From NCBI GenBank assembly GCA_965637545.1, contig OZ281494.1, forward strand, positions 6,138,001 to 6,202,000: a stretch of DNA of 64,000 nt, given 5' to 3'. Each line of letters starts with the position of its first letter. The first letter of the stretch is position 1. The position numbers were made by a program, and so were the translations under genes. This document shows, in pieces, positions 27,400 through 38,900 of the stretch. The stretch is from Phallusia mammillata. Lineage: Eukaryota. Below the pieces are notes generated by a model. The model was not told where the DNA came from and searched no databases. It was given only the letters and a program-made list of their open reading frames with translations.

Positions 27400-28013
27400 A
27401 CAAAACTTACGACATGTATATACTAATTTAAACAAATTTCAAAACGCAACTCAAGCATATATTGCACCTTTTCAAAATAGTATTTTCAGAAGTTTTGTCT
27501 TAAAAGACAAATTTATACAAAATTTAATAAGCTCAACTCGTAAACTTGTAAATTTTGCATCAAACACTAAAAGATGATTTTGTTAACTTTAAGAGAAGCA
27601 AGGATTAGAATCGAGAAACACGTGAAATCAACGTTTTTCGAACAAATATATTTTTTGTACAACAACGCATACATAGTTACGTCACAGAAGTCACGCATGA
27701 TAGTTTTTGTTCATGCGTAACATTGTGTTTTTCATGCGTAACGGATCAATTATGCATGTAAATGTATTTCATGCAGTAGTTTTTTCACAAAAATCGTTTA
27801 TTTTATTTTCTAAAAAACACAATAGTTTAAGAGATGTCATATTTTGTGTAATTTTTATTTCACGAGATAGAGATTATCTTGAAGGTCATACTATTTTCGT
27901 ATGCCTGTTGTCGATTGAACAAAGATTGTTTTGGTCCTGGTTAAAACGACCTGCGTAATTTTTGCCAATTACAGCAATTGTACCGAAGTAACCAAAAGTC
28001 GAAGCAATAAGCC
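27400..28013. promoter_or_regulatory. Shared divergent promoter region of TRIP11 and OPA3
   Basis: The start codons are 632 nt apart in head-to-head orientation; CpG-retaining segment with TTACGTCA (CRE-like) near 27677. Confidence 0.55.
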
Positions 28014-29133
28014 ATGGTGCTGGGTATACCCATTGCCAAACTGGTTCCGGAGTTATTCAAGGCCATGACCAAGCCAATGGTGAACGGTTTAAAACGAAAC
28101 GTCCGAAAAAGTCCCTTTTGGAAAGACAGAGTTTTCATTCCAATGGCGCAACGTGAGTTTGAGTGACCGGTTTTTAGTTTTGGAATTAATCAAATAGAGT
28201 AATGCAGAAACCAGGGAAATATTCCTATTTGATGATGTAACGTGTATGTAATCAGTTTTATAAACAAACGTCGTTTCTCAAACGACGGTGTTGACAATTT
28301 GACAACAACTGTTACCTAATCATTTTTTCTTTCAGTTAGGTAATGTACATTTGTAGTTCAGACCAGAGTCATATAGAAACTTCAGTAGAGACTAATAGTT
28401 TTTTCTTCTGTTTTACTGACATTGTATGTTAAATAGATCTATTTAACCATTAGTGTTGTATTTGTTTGATATAAAAGATGGTTTTGGGAGTGCCACTGTT
28501 TAAGTTGGCCCCATTAGCATTTAAAATTGTCACAAAACCAATTGTTGATCTGTTGAAACGCAATGTGAAGAAAAGCCCATTTTGGAAAGACCAGATTTTT
28601 CTGCCTTTAGCAACAAGTAAGACAACCTAAACTAAGTTAATTCTGCTGTTTGCTCCATGTACCTTTGCAAGTAAATATTTTTTAACTTTTTCAATTTTGC
28701 AGATTACAACAAGGCTTCAGTTCGAGTTCGATTGTGGAATCAAGGTATCCATAGAAACAAAGAACAAGTTGAGCGTTCTGCCAGAATGAGTGAAGAAGCA
28801 GCGTTAGAGCTCGGAGCTGAAATTGTCGCCAACACAACTACCTTTATTATTGGACTCATGGCAATTTTGATGCAACAATCAATTGCTAGTGCTACAGAGA
28901 AAAAGAAAGAGTTCGAAGAAAATGCGGAGTCAAAACGGATAGAGTCAGCGATTTTGGACATTCGACGTCAAGTTTTGGACTTGGGTTTAACTGTTGAGCA
29001 GCTTGACGCAAGAATGAGAGAAATGAATCGGACAATTACTGCAATGAAATCATATAACCAAGCTTCTACAGAAGTTGCTGCTAACAATGGTTCAGATAAA
29101 GTTTCAATTAAAGTCAAACACAATTCTTCCTGA
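28014..29133 (+). CDS. OPA3: OPA3-family mitochondrial protein, isoform using exon 1A (28014-28152) + exon 2 (28703-29133)
   Basis: Exon 1A: MVLGIPIAKLVPELFKAMTKPMVNGLKRNVRKSPFWKDRVFIPMAQ, phase-1 donor GTGAG. Exon 2 contains EEAALELGAEIVANTTTFIIG and a coiled-coil tail, matching OPA3 (EEAAAELGAELLGE). The intron falls at the same phase-1 position as in human OPA3. Confidence 0.85.
28478..29133 (+). CDS. OPA3: OPA3-family protein, isoform using duplicated exon 1B (28478-28616) + exon 2
   Basis: Exon 1B: MVLGVPLFKLAPLAFKIVTKPIVDLLKRNVKKSPFWKDQIFLPLAT, also 139 nt with a phase-1 donor (GTAAG), in frame with exon 2. Confidence 0.88.
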
Positions 29134-30150
29134 CCTGAACTTTCAAAAAACAGTTCAGGGGTTTGTTTAATTACTCCCTAGCACAATTTGTTTTAATCTA
29201 GTACCACTAATTAAAGTTGCAAATTGCTTTTCATACAATTGTCAACAGATTTCAAGGTGAAATACTGTTATGTAGCGTTACACTTACCCATAATTAGTAC
29301 TTATTACTTTTTTTTTGTATAGTGTTTTAATTGTAACAGAAATCTATTCTTATGATTAATTATGCAAACCAGCTTAGTTTTGTAGTACGCCAACTTTATT
29401 TTATACCAACCCTATAAGAACTATAATACGAACTGTGGCCATCTGCTATAGATAGCATTTTTTGCATGCAACTAACTTCAATGCTGTTATTATATTATAC
29501 ACCTCCCTTTCAGAACTATTGATTGGTCCACATGATTACAAGATTGTTGATTTGATAGTTTACCGTTATGATTGCAAGCCTGTTGTTTTTCACTTTACTA
29601 TTCAGACATTTTATATCTACATATGATCAGTAGTAGGATTCAATTTTTTATTCAGCCGGTTCACAAAAGTCCTGTTTTTCAACTAGTTCTGTTGCAAAAA
29701 GTCCATTGACAGTAACCAGTAATGCTAACTGGTTCAAATTTCATGCGACGGTTCTATAGAACTGGTGCGAACTGGCTGAATCCCACAACTGCATATGATA
29801 CATCTCTTGTCACTTATTACATCAAGTCTTTAATAGGAGTGATATATGGAAAATGATGTATAGTTTCTCTTCTTTATTTTGCAAACGGGTAAAATGACAT
29901 GTATAAAAATAGAGCAATAATATAAATGTCTACTCAAAAATAATAAAACACAGCTCTTTTTGTCAAAGCATTGAAAATTTTTAACATAAAATGTGTGACC
30001 AAGTTTTGATCTTGCACATTTCAACATGATGCAATACTTATATCTTCACTGTTCAACATGGAAAAACTTAACCTCGTATATTCAGAACAAGTCTCTCATT
30101 TGGAGGTAGCTACTAACTGTGTTTCAGATGTGTCTTACAACCATGAACTT

Positions 30151-33100
30151 TTAGTTCTTTCTTTCAATTTCCTTCATATATTGTTGCAATGCATCAAGTC
30201 TAGCGTCAATTTCGTCCATATCTGTGTCCTTGGTTGCTCGTTTTTGGCGTGTCTCATGTCGCTTGATATCTGGTGTGCTCGACAAGCGCCTATCGCTCAC
30301 CATACTTGGATATGTCGGGCTGTCATCCCAGGCCTGTGGTTTTCTGTTCAAAAATAAACCAGAAATGTATGATTAAGATGTTCAATGTATAAGTGGAAGT
30401 GGAATTCGTAACTAATTCACACTTTTGTATTTTGTTCTGCTGATGTCTGACCAGTTAAACTTTTATGACAAAATGTGTCATAGTGTACACACTTGTGGAC
30501 ATATATAATATACCAGTGGTTCCCAACATTTATCAATGAAATTCCTTTCATATTAATTCAAAACAAAATTGGGTATTTTATTAACTTTACAGTAAAATTC
30601 CCAGAGCTTAAGGGTTTATTTTACAAACCAAATCTACAAATTAAAGGAAATTTGTCCCCTAAAGTTTTAAAATTCCTTACAGGTTGGGAACCACTGTATT
30701 ATACCATTAAAATTGTGAAATATGTTTGAGCAGTTAACCGACTTATTTTGAGCCTGTGGACAAGGAAGTCTGGTCACAACTGTTGAACTAGCTTGAAAAG
30801 AATGTTTTACCACTCTAAAAAATGTTTTGTTTTTTTATCCCAACCTTTTTGTTCTGATGCGAGTGATGGATCCGTTATCAGATGAATTTCGACTTTCAAT
30901 TGAACCAGTTCTTCTTCGGAATCCAGCCGAGTATCGTTCCCTTGACGATGAGAAATCATTTCCTCGTGAATATCGAGTTCTCGTTCTTCCACGAGATTCG
31001 TTAGAACCAGGAATAAAACCAGCGGAAGTTCTTCTATTTCTGTTGTAAAAAGTCAGTTTGCTAAAAGGGTTTGCACAGCTAAGATATGTCTGTAACCAAA
31101 GGCAGATTTTGGTACCCTAAATACAACCTTATAATTAGCCTATTTTTTTTTAAATGTCTCATGAGTAGTACACAGTGAATACATCAGAAAACACAAACTC
31201 TTTTTTTTTGGACTAAAACTAAAAAACATGTTACTTGATGAACTGGTGATTACAGATGCAATGTATAATATTTTTAGTCAGAAATATGGACAAGACCACA
31301 GCATTTTTGTGAGTATTGTACTAATGCAACCTTGCATTTTTTGTCTAAGGACATGGCCAAATATACAACATTCTAGAAAAATATTGATTAGTTACAATGC
31401 TGTAAAACATTTTTTAACTTACAATCTTTCTTTTGACTGCTGAAGCTTTCTCTTTTTTTCTTCAATGTAGAGTGTTGGGTTAAACCTTGAAAATCTGTTG
31501 GGGGTTGGAGTTCTACTTTTATATCCATCCCTGCAAAAAGAACAAAATATTCCAATAAAATGTAACACTCCAAGCACCTCAAAATGTTGTAATTTTGGTG
31601 TCTCAATGACTTTTTTGCTAAATGAAACATTGGTTTTACCACAAACAGGTATTTTTTTAGGTAACAGTTTTGAATTTGTAGCAATATCTTTCAAAAAACT
31701 ACCACTAACCTGCTTAAAAATGACTTTTTATCTTGTGATATTGATCGTTCCCTCCTCGGTGCAGGACGATCTCGAGAAGATGATCGGTTTTGTTGATAAA
31801 ATGACCCTGACCTTGACCCTCTTGATGTTGACCTTCGTGCAGCAGTTGAACCAGGTCGTGCCCCAGTATTAGGTCGGGTCGCAGAATTACGGGTGGCTGA
31901 GTAAAGGTTTTGGTTTGACCGAGTTCGCGAAGCAGGTCGGTCTACGTTTGGGGTGCGACTGTAAAAAAATTTTGTTTTAGTTAAATAAGGTCCTTTTACC
32001 ATTTTTTGTATTTTCTAATAACTAAATATTGTTTGAAATAGTACAAACGTGAATCTCATAAAAATCTACCCAATCAGCCATAGGCTTTCTGTGTTTTTGA
32101 AGTGGAATATAAAATTAAGCTAGTATGTTCCAGTGAGTTGCCTCATTTTTGTAAATAAGATTAATCAGTTTGCTTTACTTAAAAATGGGTAAAGTAATTT
32201 ATTGAGGCAAATAAATAAGCATAAAGAACTTTCTATTATAGAGATAAAATTTCATTTTTTTACCTTCTCTTGTACATCGCCAATTCATTAGTAAGACTTT
32301 TCACTCTGATTTGTAGGGTTCGTTCTCGAGCAGTTATCTCATTCAACTGAAAAAAAAAAATTTTACCAGTTTAGTTTCAAAACACTTTACTCAAAAACAC
32401 ATATTGTCTGTTGTTTTACCTCTGACGTTAGTCTCTTGACATCTGCAGATTTCTTGGAAATCTGTCGTTGAAATCTGTTTTTTTCTTTCATCATTTCGAG
32501 CTCGAGGTTTTGAACAACCTTCTTCAGAATTTTAACCTAAAAGCACATACAATACAATTTCAAATAAAATACAGACAAACAATCATTGCAACCTTGGAAT
32601 CACAAGACATTTAACTGTGCAACCACCTACCTCTTTGGATGCTGAAAGTTTCCCAACACTTTGTGTTTCACGTTTCATCTCATTAAGCGCTGTTTCAAGT
32701 CTGTTTTTATCCTCCAATAGACATTCGTAACTATACATAACAATACAAAACCTGGTTAGATCTGTTTAATTACTGAAAAAAATGTTTTTGTAGTTTACCA
32801 CCTACTTCAATATTAATTCATTCAAACAAACTATTCGCAGATTAATCAATTCTACTCTTAATTTGTTTAAATGGTTTACCATTTACTAAGTTTACAAAAT
32901 TCCTGGAGGTAAGTACTAAAATCTTGCTATATATACATTAGTAAAGAAACTATTCGCTAAAATTACAAGGAGAAAGTTTCGCAAGTTTCTGGTAATGATA
33001 ATAATCGTTCTTAGGAAAGAACGAAAAACATTTCAAGCATTAAGTTGAAGTTTTTTTGGAGCTTCTATGTAATTTTATAAAGGTCCTTACTTTTCTTTCA

Positions 33101-34403
33101 GTCTAAGGTATTCCTCATCTTGCACTCTTGTGTTTCTTCCAGACTTTAATTTTGTGATTTCATCGTTAAGTTGTCGAACAAGATTTTGTAAATGGACAGG
33201 ATCAGGTTTTCCTTGATAGGGAAGTGGCAGAGGGTAGTGAATTCTGAAAAATGCAATGTAACTATATTATTTTCATAATATGTCAAAATTAAATGAAAAA
33301 AGGCAAAAACCTGAAGGTATTTATCACAGAATAAAACAAAATAGGATAATAAATAAGCTTTTTTTAACATTTTGCCTTCAAATTCATTTGCAATAAATTA
33401 CAAATATACAAGAGTAAAACTTTTTAATAAGTCACTAAGTCAGGCATTTAAATATGTTCCTACATGTACCTATCAAACTCCACAGAATAGACAAGAATAA
33501 GATAGCGTTTATTTTCCTGTTGCCTGTTTGGTTTCACTCTAGGTCGAGTGCCGGCATTTGCAGCTTTACGATTTCTCAACAACTCAAGATCCGAGAAGGT
33601 CAAAAGGTCGAGCATGACTGAATCTGAGGACTACAAAGACATTTGTTAGGTGTGGTAATTTTAAGACAAAAATTTACACTATTGCACGCAGATTTAGGCA
33701 AAAAAACAAAATATGCACGTCATTAAGTTGAAAGGTACTACCTTATCCAGTGCACTTTCCAACATCGACACAAAAACATCAAATTGTTTAAAGTTCCCTG
33801 TCTTGTGTGTTAAATCCTCGATGTCTGAAATATAAAGGCACAAATAACAACCTGTCCAGCAAATAGCTGAATGTTATTGACTGCTTATTGATCAGGCGCA
33901 TGTTACATCCATAAGACTCAATAAATATTAGTAACACAGGCACCTATATTTTTACATCCATTTGGTTTCAAACATAATTTGGCGTCCTTACAAATTCTAA
34001 AATCAATTGGCAAAAAAATCAAAGGTTTTTCGAATAAATGTTCAAAAACCAATGAATGTATACATTCTTTCCATAGACTTTTCTTTAGAAAAGTCACTGA
34101 ATGTACAAATTATATTAGAGCAGATGAATGTATAACTTTGTGTTAATTTATTCCAGAAAACTTTACAAGCACTTTAAAACACATCTGAAATCGTTTTATG
34201 CGGACGAAATACTTTTTGCACATTAAAGCAAATTGCACAGGACACTTACAATTTGATTCAAAAGTTCCTCTCCACTGTTCAGCCGTGACTTTATCTTCAA
34301 CTTCGACGCATAATACCGATCCATTTTTGATAGTTCGTAAAGTAACGATATATTCTATTCCACGAAACACATACTCACTACTTGCACTGTAGTCAGGATT
34401 CAT
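30151..34403 (-). CDS. CCDC61: CCDC61/VFL3 centrosomal coiled-coil protein, about 11 exons
   Basis: Exon 1: MNPDYSASSEYVFRGIEYIVTL...VEVEDKVTAEQWRGTFE; exon 2: IEDLTHKTGNFKQFDVFVSMLESAL; exon 3: SSDSVMLDLLTFSDLELLRNRK; internal RFNPTLYIEEKKRK; C-terminal IDARLDALQQYMKEI. All are characteristic of CCDC61. Confidence 0.95.
30514..30696. mobile_element. hAT-type MITE
   Basis: CAGTGGTTCCCAAC...GTTGGGAACCACTG; TSD TAATATAC/TATTATAC (1 mismatch). Confidence 0.8.
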
Positions 34404-35149
34404 GCTTCGGCTGCACAAATAGCAGCTCTAATTTTAAGTTTCAGCAAAAAAATCGCAAAGAAAATCTTTAGCAAAAACGAATTCAACGATCAAAATCTCA
34501 AATCAACCGCCAAACGATGTTGTTGACACTGACAACATTAACGTAGAGTACAGAAGGACGTAGTGAAGTTAATGACGCGTAACGGACAGTTGGGTTGATG
34601 TTTTTTTTTATGTACCGTATGTGGGAGTGTGTTTTTTTTATTAACATCATAAAACCAAATGAACAATTCAAACTTCGAAATATAAGGTGCATATGCAGTC
34701 CAGACGCAAATCCAAAGAGCAATCAGCCTAAATTTTATTACCTCTTGCGAAACACCACCGGTAAACAACTGCGGTTGCATTTACTTTGAATTACTGCCTT
34801 TTTAGTAGCAAGCAAATACATTATAGCAAGGGGTAATATCCGAAAAGGCAGGCGTAATATCCGAAAAAGAAAGTTAATATTCAGCGTATAGCAGTGTTAG
34901 CATTGGAAAGCTGGAAACAGATCTTTATCGCAGTTAGTCTAAAACCAAATGCAGTCTGTTACCTGCCATACGTGATGGAAACCCAAAGCACTGGCACAGC
35001 TAGATTAAAAGTAAGTGTTTTTTTGCAGATTTTGTACCGTATTCAGAGACTGTCTTTCTATCAAATATGTAGTTACTACATTGTAGTGCATCAACTTTTA
35101 ACAGAAAGGTTTGTTTTGCAAACTGCACGGATGGCGACAAAGGCAGTTT

Positions 35150-35415
35150 TTGAATAATAGCTTTAATAAAAAGCAAATTGCCAGCGACGTAGAGTAAAAC
35201 GTATTCATTTTGTCGGCAACTTTTTATCAGCGTGACGCAGTTGATTAAACTTTTCTCCTTACTTTTCTGCATATAAACGCGCTTGTTTCCACTTGTGCAT
35301 TACATTTTACACTGATGATGACAATAGTTTTGTCGAAACGTTTGTTTTAATAAAAAATGAATACGTTTTACTCTACGACGCTGGCAATTTGCTTTTTATT
35401 AAAGCTGTTATTCAA
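35150..35415. mobile_element. Penelope-like-element remnant: hammerhead-like motif flanked by ~62-nt inverted arms
   Basis: 35150-35211 is the reverse complement of 35353-35415 (2 mismatches); CTGATGA-T-GACAA..TTGTC-GAAAC at 35312-35339, AATAAA at 35349. Confidence 0.6.
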
Positions 35416-35549
35416 GTCCGTGTCTTGTGTACCTAAGTTTTTGAATAGCTTCAATAAAGTGTGCTTATTATATTACCGGCAGATTCGCTTTAAAACAAGC
35501 TAATTTTCGTGTTAATTGTTCCTAATTTCATTTGCTCAATACCCTACGT

Positions 35550-35764
35550 CAGTGGTTCTCAAACTTTTTTTGTTGGGACGCTCCTGGAAAAGTTTTCTGG
35601 ACTTGCGACGCACCAGCAAATAAAAGTTAACGGGGAAAATTATTATTAAAGTTAGGTTTATTGATACAACAACAAAAAGCCACAAAACGGAAATATTCTG
35701 CGACTCCCTTGGAAAATTGAAACGACGCACCAGGGCGTCGCGACGCACAGTTTGAGAACTACTG
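35550..35764. mobile_element. hAT-type MITE
   Basis: CAGTGGTTCTCAAAC...GTTTGAGAACTACTG; TSD CCCTACGT. Confidence 0.9.
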
Positions 35765-35948
35765 CCCTACGTTGCTAAGTTCGGTTAGTGGTCGCAATTC
35801 TCAATATTGACCCTACATGTAATTGAAGTAGCCTACAGACCCCATAATACAAGTTCACCCATGTGGTCTCATTTTGTTAAGCACGCACTCATAACAAATA
35901 CGAATTAACTTTTTACTTTGTTTAATTCTATTTTCATAATTCTCAAAG

Positions 35949-38900
35949 ATGCAACAGCCTGAAGGTGGTAAGTCTGACGAAGCAAATGATGGTGACCATA
36001 AAACCACTTTGCCCTCAACTTGCGCTGGGCAAACACAACAACCTTTAACACATCTGGAAACACTTGGTAAGTTTTCTTCATCTAGTAGTGCTTAGTATTT
36101 TTATGATACATTTAAAACAGAAATGATACAGTTTTTGAACGTAAGTTTTGTATTTTTTAGGCGCTAATCTAAAAGCATCGCTACGACGAAACATCGAAGT
36201 CATTGCTGCTGTGACGTCACAAAAGGAAATCGTGTGCCCTTTGACACTGACGCAAGAGTCGTTGGAGCAGATTGACAACGAATTGGACGCAGAGAGATTG
36301 AGTCTGCAACGAGAGGAGATTGTAAAATTGCGCAACGGTTCTGGGGGAAATGTGGAAGCCAATCACGTGTTTAGTCACGCGTTGATGCGGGCAATTGAGC
36401 GTGACGAGCAGCAGGACCTCCAACAAGGTTTGCACATTGACGTGTTTAAAGAGCACATGTAAAGTTTGTTGCTCAAACATAGGTCTGTCTGTGTAATGTT
36501 GGTTAGTACAACTCTGCGCCTATCTCAGATTCTGTGTATTGTCGTTATATCATAATTTGGCGATTGTTTTGATTTACGAGTAAAAGCAATCAAATACACA
36601 GAAGTATGAACGAAATCTTCTCAGGGATTAAAAAGTGAAACACGAGAGTTTCATTTTACTTACGCACGCGTGTTTCAAAAATATTTTTTGCATAGAAAAT
36701 GAAAGCTTATTTGTTAAGTCTTATATACATTTTCAAGATCAAGCTGATCTTCCACACCAAAAGACAAACGTGTCAGAAAAACGCGGGAAAGTAGTCGGAA
36801 TTATCGGATCAGCGGGAGCAGGAAAAACAACACTGATACACCAATGGATGAAAAGGATCAACAACAACGAACTGTTTAATCCCACTTCATACGTCTTCTT
36901 TATTCCAATCGACGAGATCAAGATGCAAGATAAGATTACCCTTCTTCAGTTCCTGACCTCCCATTTGCTCTCTGAGTGGACGTGCTCTCCTGAAGAAGAA
37001 AAACAACTCATTGAAATCCTCCTTAAAGATGACGACGTGCTCATTATAATTGATGGCTTGGACGATGCTGGCTATAAGTCTTTCTCGAGTTCCCCGTCGC
37101 CAATCTCGATTTTCGACACAGCAAACCCCAAAGCATTTGTAGAGAATTTGCTGAGCGGTAACCTGCTTCCCCTTGCCAGGAAAATGATTACCTTTCGTCC
37201 TGGTCTGCTGCATAAAATTCCAGACTCACTTCGTCCGCCCTTCCTCGTTCAAGTTCAAGGGTTAAATAAAAGTTCACAAGAAAGTCTTGGCCGAAAGCTG
37301 TACAAGAAACGTTACGGTGGATACAAGGAAATACTCTCCCAAAATCCAAATTTGTTGTCCTACTGCCACATTCCATACAACTTCAAACTTGTATTGAAAT
37401 ACCTGAAGTTTCCGCAGACAAAACAGCAGTGTAACATCACAATGACCCAAATCCTTACATCTACTCTACTTTACATGTTGAACTCTGCAAATTACGCATC
37501 ACAGAAAGATTTCAAACTCTCTGACGTGCTCAACTGGGCTTGGCGTTCTGTAAAGGAGCGCAAATCCTTCATCAAAACGAAGGACCTCCACAAGATGAAA
37601 CTACATGCGTCTACTTTACAGAAGTTTCTGAACTCAAACAAAGATAACCTTGAGATTTTATGCGTCGGGGAAAACACGTGTCACTTCTCAAGCATCGTCT
37701 GGCAAGAATTTTTTGCCTCACTTTACCTGATGATAATACTTAGCGTGAGAGATTTTAAAAGCCAGATGCAATTTTTTTCAAGCGAAAACCTCTCGGGTGT
37801 TACGTGTTTTCTTTTCGGTTTGTGCCATGAAGCAACTTTGTCAAAACTTCTATCCGTTTTTCCAAAAGCCCCAGCTAAAGATCCAAGCAAAAAGATTATT
37901 TTGTTAGAAGGCCTTGCTCTATCTGTTATAAAGGAAAGAAGCAACTCGTCGTTGTTAAGAGTTTGCAAATGGATTTGTGAGTCAAACACACCAAGCCTAC
38001 AAAATTCTGTAAGGAACTCACTGCCCTCGAAAATAAATCTTTCAAAAGTTCAATTACTTCCTTGGGAACTTCACAACCTCGTGTATCTACTTCAAACGGA
38101 AACCACTCAGCAGGTAGTTTGTGCATTTTCCTAGGCTCTGTACGACTATGTGTATTTGCTGTCTTTGAAAACTTTGACTATCTGTCCGAGTACATTGGTT
38201 GACTTTCTGTTCTGCATTGGCCTTCTTTCTAACTGTGTATTTTTGTTCTCTATATGTCTGTGTTTCCTGCCTGTGTGTCTGTATCTTTTCTGTCCATTCG
38301 TTTTTGCGTGCTTGTCTGTCTTGTCTGTTTTTTTGTACTTGTTTTACCGCGTTTTAGTCTATATGCTTGTGTTTTCTGTGAGCTTATCTATGTGCTTGTT
38401 TTTTTCTGTTCTTTTTGTCTGTGTGCTTGTGTTCCCAGCCTCTCTGTCTGTGTGTTTATCTTTACTGCCTATTTGTATCTGTGCTTGTCATTCCTGCTCC
38501 TCTATCTGTCTGCTTATACTGCCTGGGTGCTTGTCTGTGTGCTTTTCATTCCTGCCTATTTGTCTTTGCGCTTGTGTTTTTGTTCTACGGACTTATCTTT
38601 CAGTAACACAATGGTGTTTGTTTTAGCTACAGGTTCTTGACCTAAGTGGAAACGACATCGGTGACAAGGGATCGACTCTTCTCTCTCACTGCTTGCCCGG
38701 TGTTCAGGAGCTGAAGCTAAACAGATGCGGAATAGGACGAAATGGAGCGAGAGATATGTCCGGAGGAATTTCAGCTCTTAAATCACCGGTACAGTAGACG
38801 GCATCACCACGAAACAAATCATGTCTTTTTACGGTTGTTAGATTTATGAATGGTTGTTGATTTGCATGAACCTTAGTTCACCGAGTCTATTGAAGCCGTT

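Noticed and set aside
38150-38640. Cys/Val/Leu-rich membrane-protein-like ORFs
   Set aside because: Artefact of an A-poor TG-rich tract that cannot form stop codons; it lies within a phase-0 NLR intron.
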